Shown: one piece after another, positions 11,339-25,174 of the stretch
How positions within the stretch are numbered: the first letter of the stretch is position 1
Layout of the letters: the number at the start of each line of letters is the position of its first letter
Origin: Klebsormidium nitens
Taxonomy: Eukaryota; Plantae; Klebsormidiophyceae
Assembly: GCA_000708835.1 (NCBI GenBank)
Contig: DF237484.1
Location: 1-62,141, forward strand
DNA: 62,141 nt
Direction: 5' to 3'
The notes under the pieces: generated by a model
The model's database searches: none
Seen by the model: the letters and a program-made list of their open reading frames with translations, nothing else
Told to the model about the DNA's origin: nothing
Translations under genes and position numbers: made by a program

Positions 11339-14300
11339 CTACAGCATGCCGAGCTTCTGAAGCCGTTCTTCGTGTGTTGCTGCAAGCACGAGGAGACGGA
11401 AATCAGGAGAGCGACGCAACTTTCGCTGGCTTAGCGAACCCTAGCATTGGCCTGAGCTGTACCCGCGCACGGACTGTCACCTTGCGCCACAGGCATCCTG
11501 GACCATGTCTCCTCAGCAGACCCTGTTCTCCGTCACCGAGCCAACAAGCTTCATCTTCGCGTAGAGACATTTCAACCAAGCGAATTGGGGACCAAGCTCT
11601 CCCTTGTCCGAACGGGCAGCAACGGCAAAACGCGGAAACGGTGCAAATGTGCGAGGGCAGTTGCAGGTGCTCACGCTCGGCACCCCTGAGCTTGAGCGGC
11701 ACGTGCGAGTGTCCCCGGGGTGCGGGCTTGGCCTGGCCCGCTGCTGCAGGGGCAAGCTCGAGCAGGGCCTCGCGCAGGATGCCCGCAGGGAACAGCGTGC
11801 CGTGGAGCAGCCGCTCCAGGTGCAGGCCCACCTGGCGCGCAGACTCTGCGAGAGAGCGGGCAGAAGTGTGCGCTTTAGCCACCAGGAAAATGCGAGCCCC
11901 TCGAGCGGAGCAAGCAGAAAAAGAAGACCCAAGGCGATTGGGTGGTACGAGACTTCACGTGCTGAAAACGCAGCGATGATGGAACACGCAAAAGTGGCCT
12001 TTGACATTCTTTTAGTACTCTCTGCAATGACAAACACTTTGGCATTGATCGCCAGCCTTCCCAAGACGAAGATTGGGTGTCCTTCGACTGCCTTAGGGAC
12101 GTAGCTTTCGATCCTGAGCGTAGGCTTCGAGAACAGGTAAGGTCTCAGTCACCCTTTGCCTTGATCAGATTCCGACGGGAGGAGTCGCTGATCAACGGTC
12201 GGGGTAGAACGGCCTGACCCTGAAAGCAATTCTCTCTGGAGCATAACATCGTCTGGCCAGCTCGTTGCGTACTCCAAACCGCGAGACCCCTACTTTCTAG
12301 TGCAGTGAAACCATGTCAATGTGCACGAAGGGGTCCCCAGGCCCGACTGGGTATGATGTGGCTGGCGACGGTCGGCGCGCCGTACCTGGCGTGGCCCGGA
12401 AGTCGAGGTCCTCGAAGCCGCAGGTGTGCAGCAAGAGCGGCAGCTCGGAGGCCATCTGGTACTGCGGCTTGCGTGGGAACACCCGCAGGTCCAGCAACTC
12501 ACTCACAATCTGGATCGGACGGGAAAGACAAGAGAAAAGGAGGTCAGAGTGCGACCGAAAGAGCAAAGGGCCACACAGCTTGGCACGGGGAAAACGGAGG
12601 GCCGCCCGTGGACTGAGCCGCCAGTGTTGGCAGTTTTGGGATGTTTTCGATTGCGATTGTTGGCCAGGAACGATTCGTGTAGCCGAAGTAAGCCTTTTAG
12701 TATGTGGACTCGATTGTTCAAGCGCACTTTCAGCAGCTTTGAACACTGCCGGCCCAGGTTGCAAGGAAGAGGAAGCCTTGCGAGGAGGTGATCCGACGGA
12801 GTAGCCTTTCCGGTGTCCCGCCGGCCGGCTCACCTGGGGGCTCTCTTGGCCGTGACCCACCATGAACAGGATGGCCGCCATGCACCGCACCTGGTGCCAC
12901 AGGAAGGCCCGCCCGCGCACGCGCATGTAGTACAGCTCGCACCCCGCCCACCTGCAGCCGCAACCAGAGTTTTCAGCCACTCCGGTCATAACCATAATAG
13001 AATCAATAAACGGATCTCCACCCAACCGACTCCATCAAATCCTGCTGCGATGAAACAACAATCTCCCTGCGGAGCTGCTGGCATTCCTCCACCTTTCCCG
13101 GCTGCATCATGTTCCAAAAAAAAAAGCTGGGAGCGGCCTCCCGCTAAGCTTAGGGCTGGTGCAGAATCCAAAGGACGTACCCTTCAGATGACGAGGCGCG
13201 CTCGATGCGGCAGTCCATGATGGTCCTTTCGAAGGATTTGACGTTCCTGGTGTCCATGCGGCAAAGGTTGCGAAAATCATACGTGCCAACGAAGCGGGCG
13301 GCAGCCTTCTCCATCGCCTGCAGACGAAGTATAGATTTGAGGAGAATTAGAGAAGTGGCTTGCTGACGGTTCCTTTTTTTACTGCACAAGATGTGGCCGA
13401 ACCTATGAGCCTGGTCAATCGTAGATGGCCAATCCCCAAATCCAACGAGAGGGAGCGCTGAAGTCGAAGTGCGACGGAGTTACGACCAGACCCACCTTTG
13501 TTACTAAAATCCCCAACAAGTTTTCCGTTCAAAGCACACACACAACAAGACAACGCCGCTTTCAGACGCTGGAATCAAGTCAGTTTTGCCAAACGGACGG
13601 CTGACCTCGATGTCGAGTTGTCCCCGTACGAAAAAGTACTTGTACTCGCGGAACTTGCAGCTGAAGCGCGCGTCAAAGTCGGGCCGCACGGGCGACCATC
13701 CCGTAACCCGGATGTCCTCTGGGAGTGCGCGGTTCAGTGCTGCCACGTAGTCAATCTCCTCATCGTCGCCATCCGACCACTCCCCGTCATCCGCACGCTC
13801 GCGGCTGATGGGGAACTCCTGCCCCACGTCTTCATCGGGCTCTGTCTCGAGCAGCACCCAATCAGTGGCTTCGCCGCTGCCCCTCTCTTCCGCTACATGT
13901 CCGCCCAGATCAGAGTGGGGGCTGTGCGCCGACTTGAGGCCCGCTGGGCTCCAATCCGACAGCTCTACCTCGCCTCGGTTCCCCTCAATCTCGATCACAG
14001 AGCGGGACAACTCCGGATGCACCAACACGGACGCAGTCACGTCCCACTTGCGAGGGGGCAACCCAGGCGGCATTTCCGGAGCACCCCTCTCAGCATGGGG
14101 CACAGCTTCTGCAATGCTCTCCCTCAAGGCTTCCGCTGAATCTCCGCCCGCACAACGCCTCTGGGGCTCTGCCGGAGTGGCTGAGTGGGGGTCTTCGGGC
14201 GGACAGCTGGTGGACAAGGGGGGTTCCACAGCGGGGGCGGCAGGTGGCCGCCGGCAGGAGCGCAGCCAAAGGGCCACCACCTGGCCCAGGGCACTCACGC

Positions 14301-15405
14301 CTTTGTCGGTGCGGCCACACCTGGGGGAGGAGGGGGGGGGAGTCAGGAGGCAGCACCTACAGATCAAAGAATTGTGGGAAGCCACCATGAAGCGGACTTG
14401 CAATCCTCTTCTCAGATTGACAAGAAATCTCTCGCAGACATCAACATTTTGATCAACTTGTCACTGCAAGAATTTGACTCCAAGAAACGAGGCACAAGCA
14501 TCCCAGCATGGGCAGACTGGTTGGGCTGACTGCAAGCCAATCGACTGGGATGATTGAGCACTCGGGAGAAGGGCACGAGGATACCGCCGCTTCAGAGCAA
14601 TTCAAAGTCCACAGGGGGGATCACGATGACTGGAGAACTGTCCAGGCAAAGAGTTCCGCAAAGCTATCAAACCATTGTGATGCAACATGACAGGCAGTTC
14701 AACATACAGGGAAGTTCGAAACATGGGAATGATCGGTTCCAGAAAATGCTTTACCAGCAACGAAGAAGATCAAAGCCAGTACCTGGAGTATTGAGCTTGT
14801 GTACGCCCCCCTGGCGGCAGCAGCCTCGTCTTCTCCAGGGCGGCAAAGAGCTTTGACTCGATAGTCATGTCCAGAACGTTGCCCGGCTGCGACGCAAAGC
14901 CATGGTAGCGAGCCCCCATGTACATGATCCGCAGTGCGACAAAGCGGCGCGGGTAATGGGAGAGATCCACCTCCGCCGCAGCTGCCTTCTTCTTGGCCTT
15001 GCCCCCTCGCCCTCCGTTTAGGGCCGCCGCGACCGAGGCTCGGGCGGCGAGTGCAGCCGCGGACGCCGTGGCAGCAATCATTTCAGGGGATGCCACATAC
15101 GTGACCGAGGTGCCTGTCATTGCCGACGATATCTCAGCCCCGGGTTGCTCGTTGTCCCCTGTCAACTCATCGTTAGAGTCCAGAGAGAAGGATAGACCGT
15201 CGAGAGGAAGCTGGGTTGCAGACAGCCCGGCCGCATGGAGGGCCTCCTGGACGTTGCGGGCGACCAGGGACTTGCGCACGAGCTCCAGCTCCTTCTTCAG
15301 GCGCGCGTTCTCCGCATCCAGGAGCTTTACCCGCGCCTCCAAGCTCAGCTCATCGTCTGAGGCAGACCGCTCAGAAACCACTGGGGTAATCAGCAAAGTC
15401 GCCAT
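11339..15405 (-). CDS. PUS3: tRNA pseudouridine(38/39) synthase, TruA family, PUS3/DEG1-like; about 7 exons
   Basis: Motifs RFVALRIMYMGARYHGFASQ, YSRCGRTDKGVSALGQ (catalytic Asp), LNRALPEDIRV, FDARFSCKFREYKYFF, HDF-like YDFRNLCRMD, GRAFLWHQVRCM and PRKPQYQMASELPL. Last exon 11379-11339 (PTHEERLQKLGML*). Confidence 0.93.
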
Positions 15406-15721
15406 TTCTCTGCTTTAATCTCGCTAGGCCGTGTAGATTGTGAATCAGACAACCTACGTCATTGAGCGGCCTGGTAATCGGTACTGACAACCAACACAGA
15501 GAGGCGCGCTTTCATGCAATCTTAGCCGCTATTTCGAGAGCCAGAGTACCCTCCCATGCTGAAAAGCTATCCTAGAAGCGCCTCTAGTGCCTCTCAATGC
15601 CAAGCCCAGCACAATGGTGACTCTAGCGCACCACCGTGCCAGGGGCTGACGCCCGGATGCCAATGCCAAAGACGCATGCTCAGCTGGTCATGGAGCCTGA
15701 GGACCCGTGGGGCAAAAAGGT

Positions 15722-16236
15722 CAAAGAACTCAGTTGTAAAAGTGTGAACATCAAGTGTTCCAACCCCCTGGAATTATCTGTGTCTGAGCATACTGACCGG
15801 AAAAAATGCTCGGTACCTCAGCTATTGAAACTCCAGGTCATTACAGTCCAGGTCACCGAGCCACTTATTTGAACCGGATGGATACTAGGAGTGCCTGGAT
15901 GAGATGACCGGGCTTGGTTGGAAACGATTCAGGCGTCTAGCCCCTTTACCCAGGCCTAAACTTCTAAAGCCTTCCCTTAGCTTGCCTACATTGCCCGGTG
16001 GTTTTGACCGGAGGGATGGACGTCATAGCCCGGGACTGCGCAGCCTAGCTAGGTTAGGGGTAGGTACTAGTACCACGATGAGGATGTTTGGCTCTCCCGG
16101 TACCGGTATTCATACACATGGTTTTGGAGATGCAATCACGGTCGAGTGTGTGGTACGGGCGAACACAAATCGTGCGGCTAATTATATCGGCCTAGGTAAC
16201 ACCTGCGTGTTAACACTTTTACAACTGAGTTCTTTG
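15722..16236. mobile_element. putative non-autonomous TIR element (MITE-like), 515 bp
   Basis: Perfect 24-bp inverted repeat: caaagaactcagttgtaaaagtgt (15722-15745) and acacttttacaactgagttctttg (16213-16236), extending imperfectly inward. No clear target-site duplication. Confidence 0.55.
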
Positions 16237-16597
16237 TACTACCTACTTACAACTTGCACCAGTGAGGTTGGAAGCTGTTCGATCTGAAAAGGGGGGCCAA
16301 CCCGAAACCTCCCACGTGGCCAACTTCGCCGTTGCAATCTCGCGGCCGGGCTGCTCAGTTCTCGGGTTCTGAAGTGATGGGGTTAAGACTTAACACGGGA
16401 CCATAACCAAGGGGTCAGCTGCCACGCTGGCGTTTTCTATGTTTTACCCCCGGAGCGAGCACTGTGTGCAATGCGCGGGCGCCGGCTGATCGCGCTTGTC
16501 TGAGTCTCGGTTGAGGCAGTGCATGGTGGTCTTGCGAAGGTAGTTGATTGGTGGGGCCCAGGGCCGGGTGGTTCACTGGCACGCCTGGCTGCCCGCC

Positions 16598-19500
16598 ATG
16601 GCTTCCTCGGCGGCTTCCCGAGCCCAGGAGGCTGCGGCTGATGCGCTGGATCGGCGCGTGCGGCCAATTCTGGACCAGGTGGACTTGCGCAATTACAAGC
16701 AGGCGGTGAAGCTGGCGGACGCTGCTATCAAGAAGTACGGCGACCACCCGCTGTACCGCACCGTCAAGGCCATGGCATTGGAGCGCATGGGGCGCAAGCA
16801 GGAGGCGCTCGACCTGGTTACAGACGTCCGGTCGGGCCCGCTTAACGAGCATGTGAGGCAGCAATGGGACAATGCTGCGGTCCGATCGGTAGAATGGAGA
16901 GGTTTTACACTGCTGTTTGCACGGGAGTGGTGGTGCAATATTGTGTGGCCCTTGTGATCCTGTCTAGCACAATGCTGTTACTCTCTGAGACTGCGCTGAA
17001 AGTTTGGGTGCGCTGTGATGCATGGCATGTGGTGGCATTGTGCAGCTGCTGGGGATGATGCAGCCCATCTATCGGAACTTGGGTCGCTATGACGAAGCCA
17101 CGAAAGGGTACGAGAAATTTGCAGCTGAAGATCCTCAAAACCCAGAGCGCCAGATCCAGCTTTTCAATGCGTACGCTCGGGAGTACGACTACCTTAAGCA
17201 ACAGCAGGTGAGGCCTTATTAAGCCAGCAGTCCTGTTGCATAGTTTGAACGTGAAGGCAAAAGCTTGAAGCTGCTCGGCAGTGATCTTCCTGTAAACGCG
17301 GCCAATCCTGTCACGGTTCACATGCTTAGTCTCTTCCGTGCTGCCTGAAGTGGGACTTAATACCACCACCTTTTCATCAACCAATGGGCCACCTCTTACG
17401 TCCTAACTTGTATCCAAATCTGGTCCCCACTTGTGTCCTCCAGGTTGCGATGAAGCTGTTCAAGCAGCTGGGCCGCGAGCAGTTCCTGATGTGGGCCGTG
17501 TGCACTCTGGAGCTCCAGGCGCTGGCGGAGCAGGGGGGGCCCACTGGCGGTGGTGCCCGCATGTTGCAGCTGGCAGAGGCCCTGCTGCGCAAGAAGATGG
17601 GCCTCGCACGCCTGGAGGGGCTCGAATGTGAGGCAGACCACCCCCCAGACACCCACTCACCACAATACCTGCAGTCCTGTTGACAATTGCATTCCCCCTA
17701 CAACGGCACTTGTCCTGGCGAAGGTGATGCGAGGCTGCTGGGTGTGCCCTCCTTGCAACCTGGAGCCAAAAGTGGGGCCGGTTCCAGTTGAGAATTCGAA
17801 CCTAGCAGTCATTGCCGGCCTGGCCTTTCCATCCTGAGGCCTCGCCATGTGCATTGCGCAGCTCTGCTGGTGTTTCTGAGCATCCTGGAGCTGCAGCACA
17901 AGCACGCGGCTGCCCTGGAACTGATCCAGGGGCCCGCTGGGGCGCTGTTCACCCTGCCAGCAGACAAGGCTCGTGTCGAGGTGAGATTCCACATCAGGGG
18001 TCTGCAAGTGATGGCTCGCGAAAGTATTGGTGTTCAAACCTCTCGAAGCATGGCCACCCTGTCTGAGGAGGGCCTTCCAGTCGATTTGTGCGGGTTGCGC
18101 TTTGCCCTTAAACCGATGGGATCTTTCTTATTTTCACAGGGAGAGCTGCAGCACAAGCTGGGCCACTACAAAGAATCCGCCGCTGCCTTTGCGTCCGTCC
18201 TTCGCATCAGCCCCGACGACTGGGCAGCCTTCCAAGCTTACGTGGATGCGCTTCTAGAGTACAGGGAGGTTCCAGCCCAGACAGTAGAGGCAGCCGTGGC
18301 CTCTGATGCACCGGAAACCGTTACGGCTCTCGAAGCGGATAACAGCTGGATGGGTCCAGGGAAGCGGACGCGGCTGAGCTTTGATGAGGTCGAACGGCGC
18401 CTGGGGGAGGCGCACGACTTGGTTGCAGAGCTGCAGGCAGTGGTGGTGCAGTCTGGGGAGTTGCTGAGGGGGCTGTTCCTGGCGAAGGTCGAGCTGGAGA
18501 AGCGGCGCGCGGAGAGCGGGGAGCAGGCGGGCGGGGCCACGCAGGGGCAGCGCCGGGTGGCAGAGGCGATTGTCAAGTATTTCGACAGGTGGGCACTGCG
18601 ACCAAAACTCTTCTTAAAGACAATCACAGCTTATAGTGGATATGTTCTGATAATTTCGAAGGTGACTCTTGGTCTTTCAGTGGCATCCGGAGTCAGAATG
18701 TTGAGTCAGGTAAGTCGCAAGTCAGACCAAGGAGCCGGCCAAACACAAAGGAGTCGGCGGCAAACATCGACACCGTTCTCGTATCTGTTTCTCATCTTTC
18801 GCTGCGGTAACAGCGTGAAGATGGAGTCCGCATGGGCGGAACAACTCTATAAGCCCACATTATTTTCAGCAACTTCGGCCTGTTCCGCGCCAGCATCGAG
18901 CGCCTCCCCTGAGTCGCCTGCGGCGTCCTTCGCAGGCACGGCACCATGGTGAGCTTCGCCCCGGACGTCCGGCAGCACGTGCTGTTCATCACGGACCCCG
19001 GCGTGGCGGGCTGGCTGGCCGCCCAGCTGCAGCAGGCTGCGGAGCGCAGCGCGGCGGCGCCAGATTGCAAGCCCGTCCACGCATTACGCAGGAGGATTGC
19101 TGCTGCGCAGGTGGAGGAGCAGCTGGGCCTCGTGCAGCAGCTGCCAGACGCAGGTCAGCGCGCACTACCCAACAATGGCACAAGCTTGTCAAATGAAAAC
19201 AGTCCCCTCGACACAGTGATCCCTTTATGCCTTTGTGTTCCTTAGGTGTATTTAAGTATCTTCTTCTTGTTGAGGTCCGGGTGTATTTAAGTGTCTTCTT
19301 TTGGAAATGGTGGATGCCGTGAAAACGTTTCCTAATATCCGATGTCATATTTGACAGTTTAGACGATGCTTAGATTCTTCGTCGAGATAGTCAGGCTCTT
19401 CTTCTGGTGCGCACTGTTGCTGACCCGTGCCCTGTGTTATCTCTCAGAGCTGTACGCGCGCGCGGAGCGCCTGGCGGAGGTGTACCAGGCGAGCGTGCCG

Positions 19501-22500
19501 CTGCTGCACGGAGTGGCGCCGCGCGAGAGAGGCCCCGCGGAGGAGCTGCTGGTCATGGCGGCCACGTGCCTGGTGGAGGGCTACGTCAGGACGGGCGAGC
19601 GGGCACGCCTGCTGGAGGCGATCCTGGTGCTGGAGCAGGGGCTCTTCGACCGCAGGTGAGGGGCGCCGCTCCGCAGCGATCGGGCAGGCACGTAGTCGGA
19701 TACCCTCTCTGTATCATGTATGAAGACGACGGCGATGGGTGTGCGTGCTTGGTGATAACCAATCTTCCGCCAGTGACCGGTTGAAATTGCAGGACAAGAC
19801 GCATAGGCTCCCTGTGTTTGTTAGAATTCGTTTTGTGGTAAGGCTGCTCTGAGGGGGCTCGCCTGGTTGCGATGATTCATGACTCATGTTTATCCGCACG
19901 CTTTCCCCCTCGTGCCAGGTGGCAGTCGGAGTACAAGCTGATGCTGGTGAGCCTGTATCTGCACGCGGGCGCGGTGGGCCCCGCGCTGGGCTGGTACCGC
20001 CTGCTGGACATCAAGCACATCCAGGCGGAGACCATGGCCCACCACGTGCTGCCCGCCCTGCTGGCCTCCGCGCAGCGCGACGCCGCCGCGGGGCTGCTGC
20101 GCGAGCTGGCCGCCTTCCACGACGGCCACCTGCGCGACGGCGCCGACATGACGCTCACCGCGTACCGCAACGGCACCTTCTCCAAGGTGCGCGAGTTTGT
20201 GCGCTTCAAGGAGCGGCTGGAGCGGTCGCACCAGCGCCTGGCCGCGCGCACGGAGAGCCTGCTGCTGCGGCTGGCGGAGGCAGCGGACAACCCCACAGAA
20301 GCGCAGGTGAGGGAAGAGAAAGAGTGACGGGCTGCTCAATCGAAGTAGCCGCCGCAGCCCGGCGTTGTGATTAGGGCATTAGCGTGCTCCTGTGCAGCAC
20401 TAGGATTGGGCGTCGGCCTTGACTGAGGAGTTTGATGGCCAGGCTTTTTGTGGTTCGAAGTCGGCAGAGCGTTCGTACAATGCCGGCCAACCTGACGATC
20501 GAGAGTTGTTTAGAAGTAAGTTGTGCACAGAGAAGCAAGCTTAGCATTGAGGAAATTCCTGCCTGAGTGCAGGTTTCTCCGTAGGGCATGGAGGGTTTCC
20601 TCTCCCGCGTTTGCCGCAATACCTTGACCTGGCCCTTTGTGTCTCCCGCCTGGCAGGCCCTGCTCGCGGACGTTGGCTTTGGGCGCGAGCCTCTTGCGTG
20701 GTCCACGTCGGACCGGCTGGCGGCGTTGTCGTTTAATGAGGACCTGGCCACCCGCCCCTGGTGGACGCCCACACCGGAGCAGTCCCTGCTCGACGCAGCG
20801 CCGCTCGCTGGGGGAGCAGCAAGGCAACCGTGGCACGCCCAAGAAGCGCAGGTCGGTAGGGAACGCCTTCGCAACCCAGTCACCGCCTATCGCTTCCTCG
20901 AGTAGGTTCGATGTCTTCTTAAAGCCTCTTGCCGCTTCCGCAAAGTTGAGCACGCTTATCTCGGTCGTTACAGACATCTGAAGAAAGGCTCTCGACCAGC
21001 CGCTTGTCTACTCCCGCGCTTGTCGCAGAGCCTTTGTCACAAACACAGAGTCCGAATGGAAGGCAAGTAGGCTATGACGTCTTTTTTTGGCCAACGCTAG
21101 TGGAAGTCGTGTCCATGTGCAGAGCGCGCGAGTTGCCCGGGATGCCCGGTGGCGGCGGTCGGTGCGGCGGCGGTGCCTCCTCCCGCGGCTGCTCGCGCTG
21201 ACCCTCGACCTGGGGCCCGTCAGTGCCGCCCAGGCTGGCCCGCCAGCAGCGGAGCAGGCCACGCACAGCGAGCGCGGGCCAGCGGCCAAAGCCAGCGACA
21301 AAAGCGGGAGGGGCAAGGGAAAGAAGAAGAGCGGGAACAAGAGCGGTGACGTGGAAACCGCAGCCGGAGAGAAGCGCGAACCGGCGCCTACAAGCAACGG
21401 GGCTGCCGGACAAAAGAGGGAAACTGCGCCACGGGAACACGGTGGGGAGAACGGGTGTACCGCTGCACATGGGTCTCCACAGTCGCCGGTGGACGAGATG
21501 CGGCAGCTGGTGGACGAGTATGCGCGCACGCTGCGGCCAGACACGCACGCCGGGAACGCCCCCGACGCAGGCCCCAGCAGCCCTGGGGGGGCGCAGCCGC
21601 TGGATGAGCTGAGTCTGGCCGTGTTCACGACGAGCTTGCGGATCATGGAGGCCAGGGACGTGTTGGCGGGGAGCGGCACGAGCACGGAGGGGGCAGCGCA
21701 AGCAGCGGGTGGGTCACGAAAGGATTTCGCTCAGAGAACGCGTTGGCCTTATTTGGAGGCAAGATTTGTGCAGGCTTCCGGGCTTCCGAAAAGACCAATA
21801 TCGGAGAGACGCCTGTGTGCAGTGCTTGTCAAACGTGAGGGCCATGCCGAAGACGCCGCTGACGTCTGCGTGTGGTTGACTTGTTTGTGCAGCATGTGTC
21901 AGGGACGGCCCTTTGTGCCTCTCCTGTTTGCCCCGCGTACTCCACAGGCAGGTGATGATGCAATTGTCACGTGTGTCTGTGCAGCCGCTCTCCCCGCACA
22001 TTTTCAGTCCATTCTTGCTCGACTGCACGGCCTGGACGAGACCCTCGCGGGGCAGCTCTTCTCCGACCTGCCCACAGGTGAGGCCCGCCTCCAAGAAGTG
22101 ATCACAGTGACGGTCTCTTTTTGGATCGGGTCTTGAAGGACCCATACATGGTATAATCAAATGGCGCTCGTTCGAAGCAACCGGCCCCTCTTCACACCAC
22201 CCTCTTCGACAGCATCCCGCTGTGTTCAGGCTGGGGCCTCCAGTGGGTCGAAGGTCACCGGTCGCATCGCCGAGGTAGCGCTGCCTTTCACGTCTGTGCG
22301 TCACCGCATACGTGGCCAGTCTGGTTTCATAAGGACGCTCTTCGATGAACTCCTGACCCTCTTGTTCGCTCCTTGCAGCCGGGGCCAGCCTGCGGCTACT
22401 GTCTCCGGGGCGCGCGCTGCCGCAGCTGGCCACGCTGGTGCACGAGGCGGCCGCGTGGCTGCTCCTGGCGCTGCACAGCTGGGCCAGGTACGGGGCCGGA

Positions 22501-23311
22501 GGGTGGGCGGGGTACGCCGTGTCTCGACGGAAGACCCGTCTTAGAAGCACAATGGCATGCGCTCTTTCTTGCGGGGCCGTCTCAAGCTGTTCGCCTCGTA
22601 TGTGCAGGGTGTTCCCCGCCTCTCTGAAACGCAAGAAGAAGACCGGCACGGAGGACGACGGGAGTGCGGGTAAGGCTCCCAGGATGAGCGGGGTGGGCGG
22701 GTGCCCTTCGAACTGTGCGGAATGCGTGGCCCTGAGGTGGACCTCTCCTTTGCTGGTGCCGACCCACAGGCACGGCATCACGCCTCTGGCAGGGTCGCCT
22801 GTGTAAGCATGTGCTGCACCGGCGCACAAATTCTTACTATCGTCACTTTGTCCAACCGTGGGACAGGCTTGTGGACCTTTGTGCATTCCCTTTCTGCGCA
22901 GATGCTCGCACTTTGGCGGTGCACGCTCTCCAGTCGCTGGTGAGCGGGGTGGAGGCCGTCTTCAGGAGCTGGGCGGACCGGCTGACGCAGTACCTTGCGC
23001 AAGCTGACGTGCACGCCCTGGCGGCCGCGCTCAAGGCCGAGCTCTCGCCCACAGAAACGGGCGGGCCCTCTAGCCAAGCGGGCCGGGTCCTGACTGCACT
23101 CCAGTCCTGGTCGCGCGAGAGGCAAGTAGCAATTATGCAAACGAGGGAGCAGAGCAGGGGCGGCGGAGAGGAAGAAAACGACGAAGCGGTGCTAGTCTTG
23201 GACTTGGAGGCCGTACTGAGGGCGTCCTTGGAAAGCTCCAGCGAGGTGCTCGAACAGATTCGGACAGCGTCGTTGTTGAAGGCAAATCTCTTCAAGAAGC
23301 TTAACGTCTGA
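16598..23311 (+). CDS. NAA25: N-terminal acetyltransferase B auxiliary subunit (NAA25/MDM20), about 14 exons
   Basis: N-terminus ALDRRVRPILDQVDLRNYKQAVKLADAAIKKY, TPR-like helices, LFNAYAREYDYLKQQQVAMKLFK, PDDWAAF, YKLMLVSLY, LDIKHIQAETMAH and ERLERSHQ. Phases are consistent across GT-AG introns; ends FKKLNV*. Confidence 0.92.
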
Positions 23312-25174
23312 GATGTCCTGAACGGTTTATGTTGAACCGACTCCTATTATAAGTCCATGAAGGCGTGATTAAGGCAGAATAATAGCTGCGGAATCTGGAT
23401 GCAAGCATCTCAATGGTGACGCAGGTATTACGTCTGAGTGCTTCATTGCAATGTGTGACCTGTTGCTTAGATTGTTTCCGTCTGTACTCGAGTCCGAGCT
23501 CACGCTCGGTGTAATCGAAGTGGAGCTAGCTCCTGTCGATCAAGTTCTGAAGTGTGGGCTTCCGAGTAATGTTTCGTTTGCAATGTACCTAGGTATGCAA
23601 CATTCATTCAAACGCTTTAGGTCGATTTGGTGGCTTAATGGCATGGAGGAATTGCATGATTAGCCTAATAATATTTGACGCGCGGCTTGAAACCATCAAT
23701 ACATGAAAGTGCTTCTTTTACCAGCATCAGTGTTCTCATGCAAGCTTGATACATGCAGAAATGCACAGCAAGAATTGGCTGTTAGGCTGCCTCTGAACAG
23801 AAGCCCCACAGAAAGGCTTGCTACGCTTGTAGTGCTAACTATAGCCCCGGGCCGTACTTATCATGGCACAGATTGGCCCATGAGAATTGGATGCCTGGAG
23901 TAACTTACGTGTTGCTTCTGCAGATCAAGACGCATCAGCAATCGATTGCCATTGCGTCCACCTCAGACAGCAGCCGAATAAACAACCCAGTCTAGCTCCC
24001 GGAACCCCAATTAAGGGCAGAGGGAGCATACGTGTACTGGCAACTTCACGCTTATCGGTAGTTCTATCGCAATCAGTGATAACGGGTCGTTATTGCAAAA
24101 GCAGTATGTTGGCCAAGCCTTTGAACTCAAGGTCAAGCGATGAGAGCCACAGCACCTCAAATGTCAATCACACGACCGGAAGCAACAGTCGGAAACAGAG
24201 ACAGAGATAGTCTACAAAAGGTGTACGAAACCTGACATCGCTAGCGGCCTGGTGACAGGTGCGTTTTTGCTACATGGTGTGTGTGTGCGGGCTGTAGCCT
24301 GTGTGTGCCGACTACATGTTTGGTGTGTATTCACGAGGGTATCCAGACTGACATGCCCGAAGACAAGGCAGAACTGCTATATACGCGCTAGGTGCGAATG
24401 CAGGGCAACTCGAGCAAGTGTACCTAACCGCATATAGCTGGCCTAACTTATTCACGCCGGCCAGGCACGTTCCAATGCTGCCATCCAAATGTGGTGTCCC
24501 AAAACGTGATGTATATCAAGATGGTATTGAAAAGGATGTGGTGCATAGATGTTTGTAAAAAGCTTCCGGGCGGAGCTAGCTAAACCAAAAAGTGCACGAC
24601 AGTAAAGTGCATACTACTGACAGATTCAGACGTTCGGCGTAGTGCTCCCTGAGAATATTTCTCTGGCTTGGTTGAGGCAAGAGTTGCCAGACTAAGTCAG
24701 AGAATGGCAAAGAATTGCCTTCCGAAGATATCTCAAAGGTCGATCGTCGATTTGAAGATCTTCCATGACCACGTGTTCTACCACGTGTTAGCAAAGTTGC
24801 AACTTGCTGGTGTTTCAGCCAGGTCACAAGGTCGGGAGCCACGTCAGCATGGAGGGTCTCCTAGGAGCACGCCACCTGGAAATTTTGGCGCGCCATTCTG
24901 GTGGCCATGGCCGAGTCCAGACCATCATGTCACGGTGGTACGGTGGGCCAAATCATGGCTGCAATGGTTGAGGCGGCGTTTCCGCACGCACCCGGCTGAG
25001 CTGCTTTTTGGAAAGCAAGACGGGTGCTCTTCCATTTCCTCACTGCGGGGCAGCTGATCTGGTCGAAAGTGGGTGGGGCCGGCTGCCAGGAAGGTCAACA
25101 ACCTCCGGGAGGGGTGCTCGACGTTCCTGAAGGGGCAGAATTGACACCGGCAAGCCTGGTCTATATGGGCAAAT

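Noticed and set aside
19245-19300. 21-bp near-identical direct repeat ggtgtatttaagt(a/g)tcttctt in a NAA25 intron
   Set aside because: Only two copies; an ordinary local duplication, not a CRISPR array or element.
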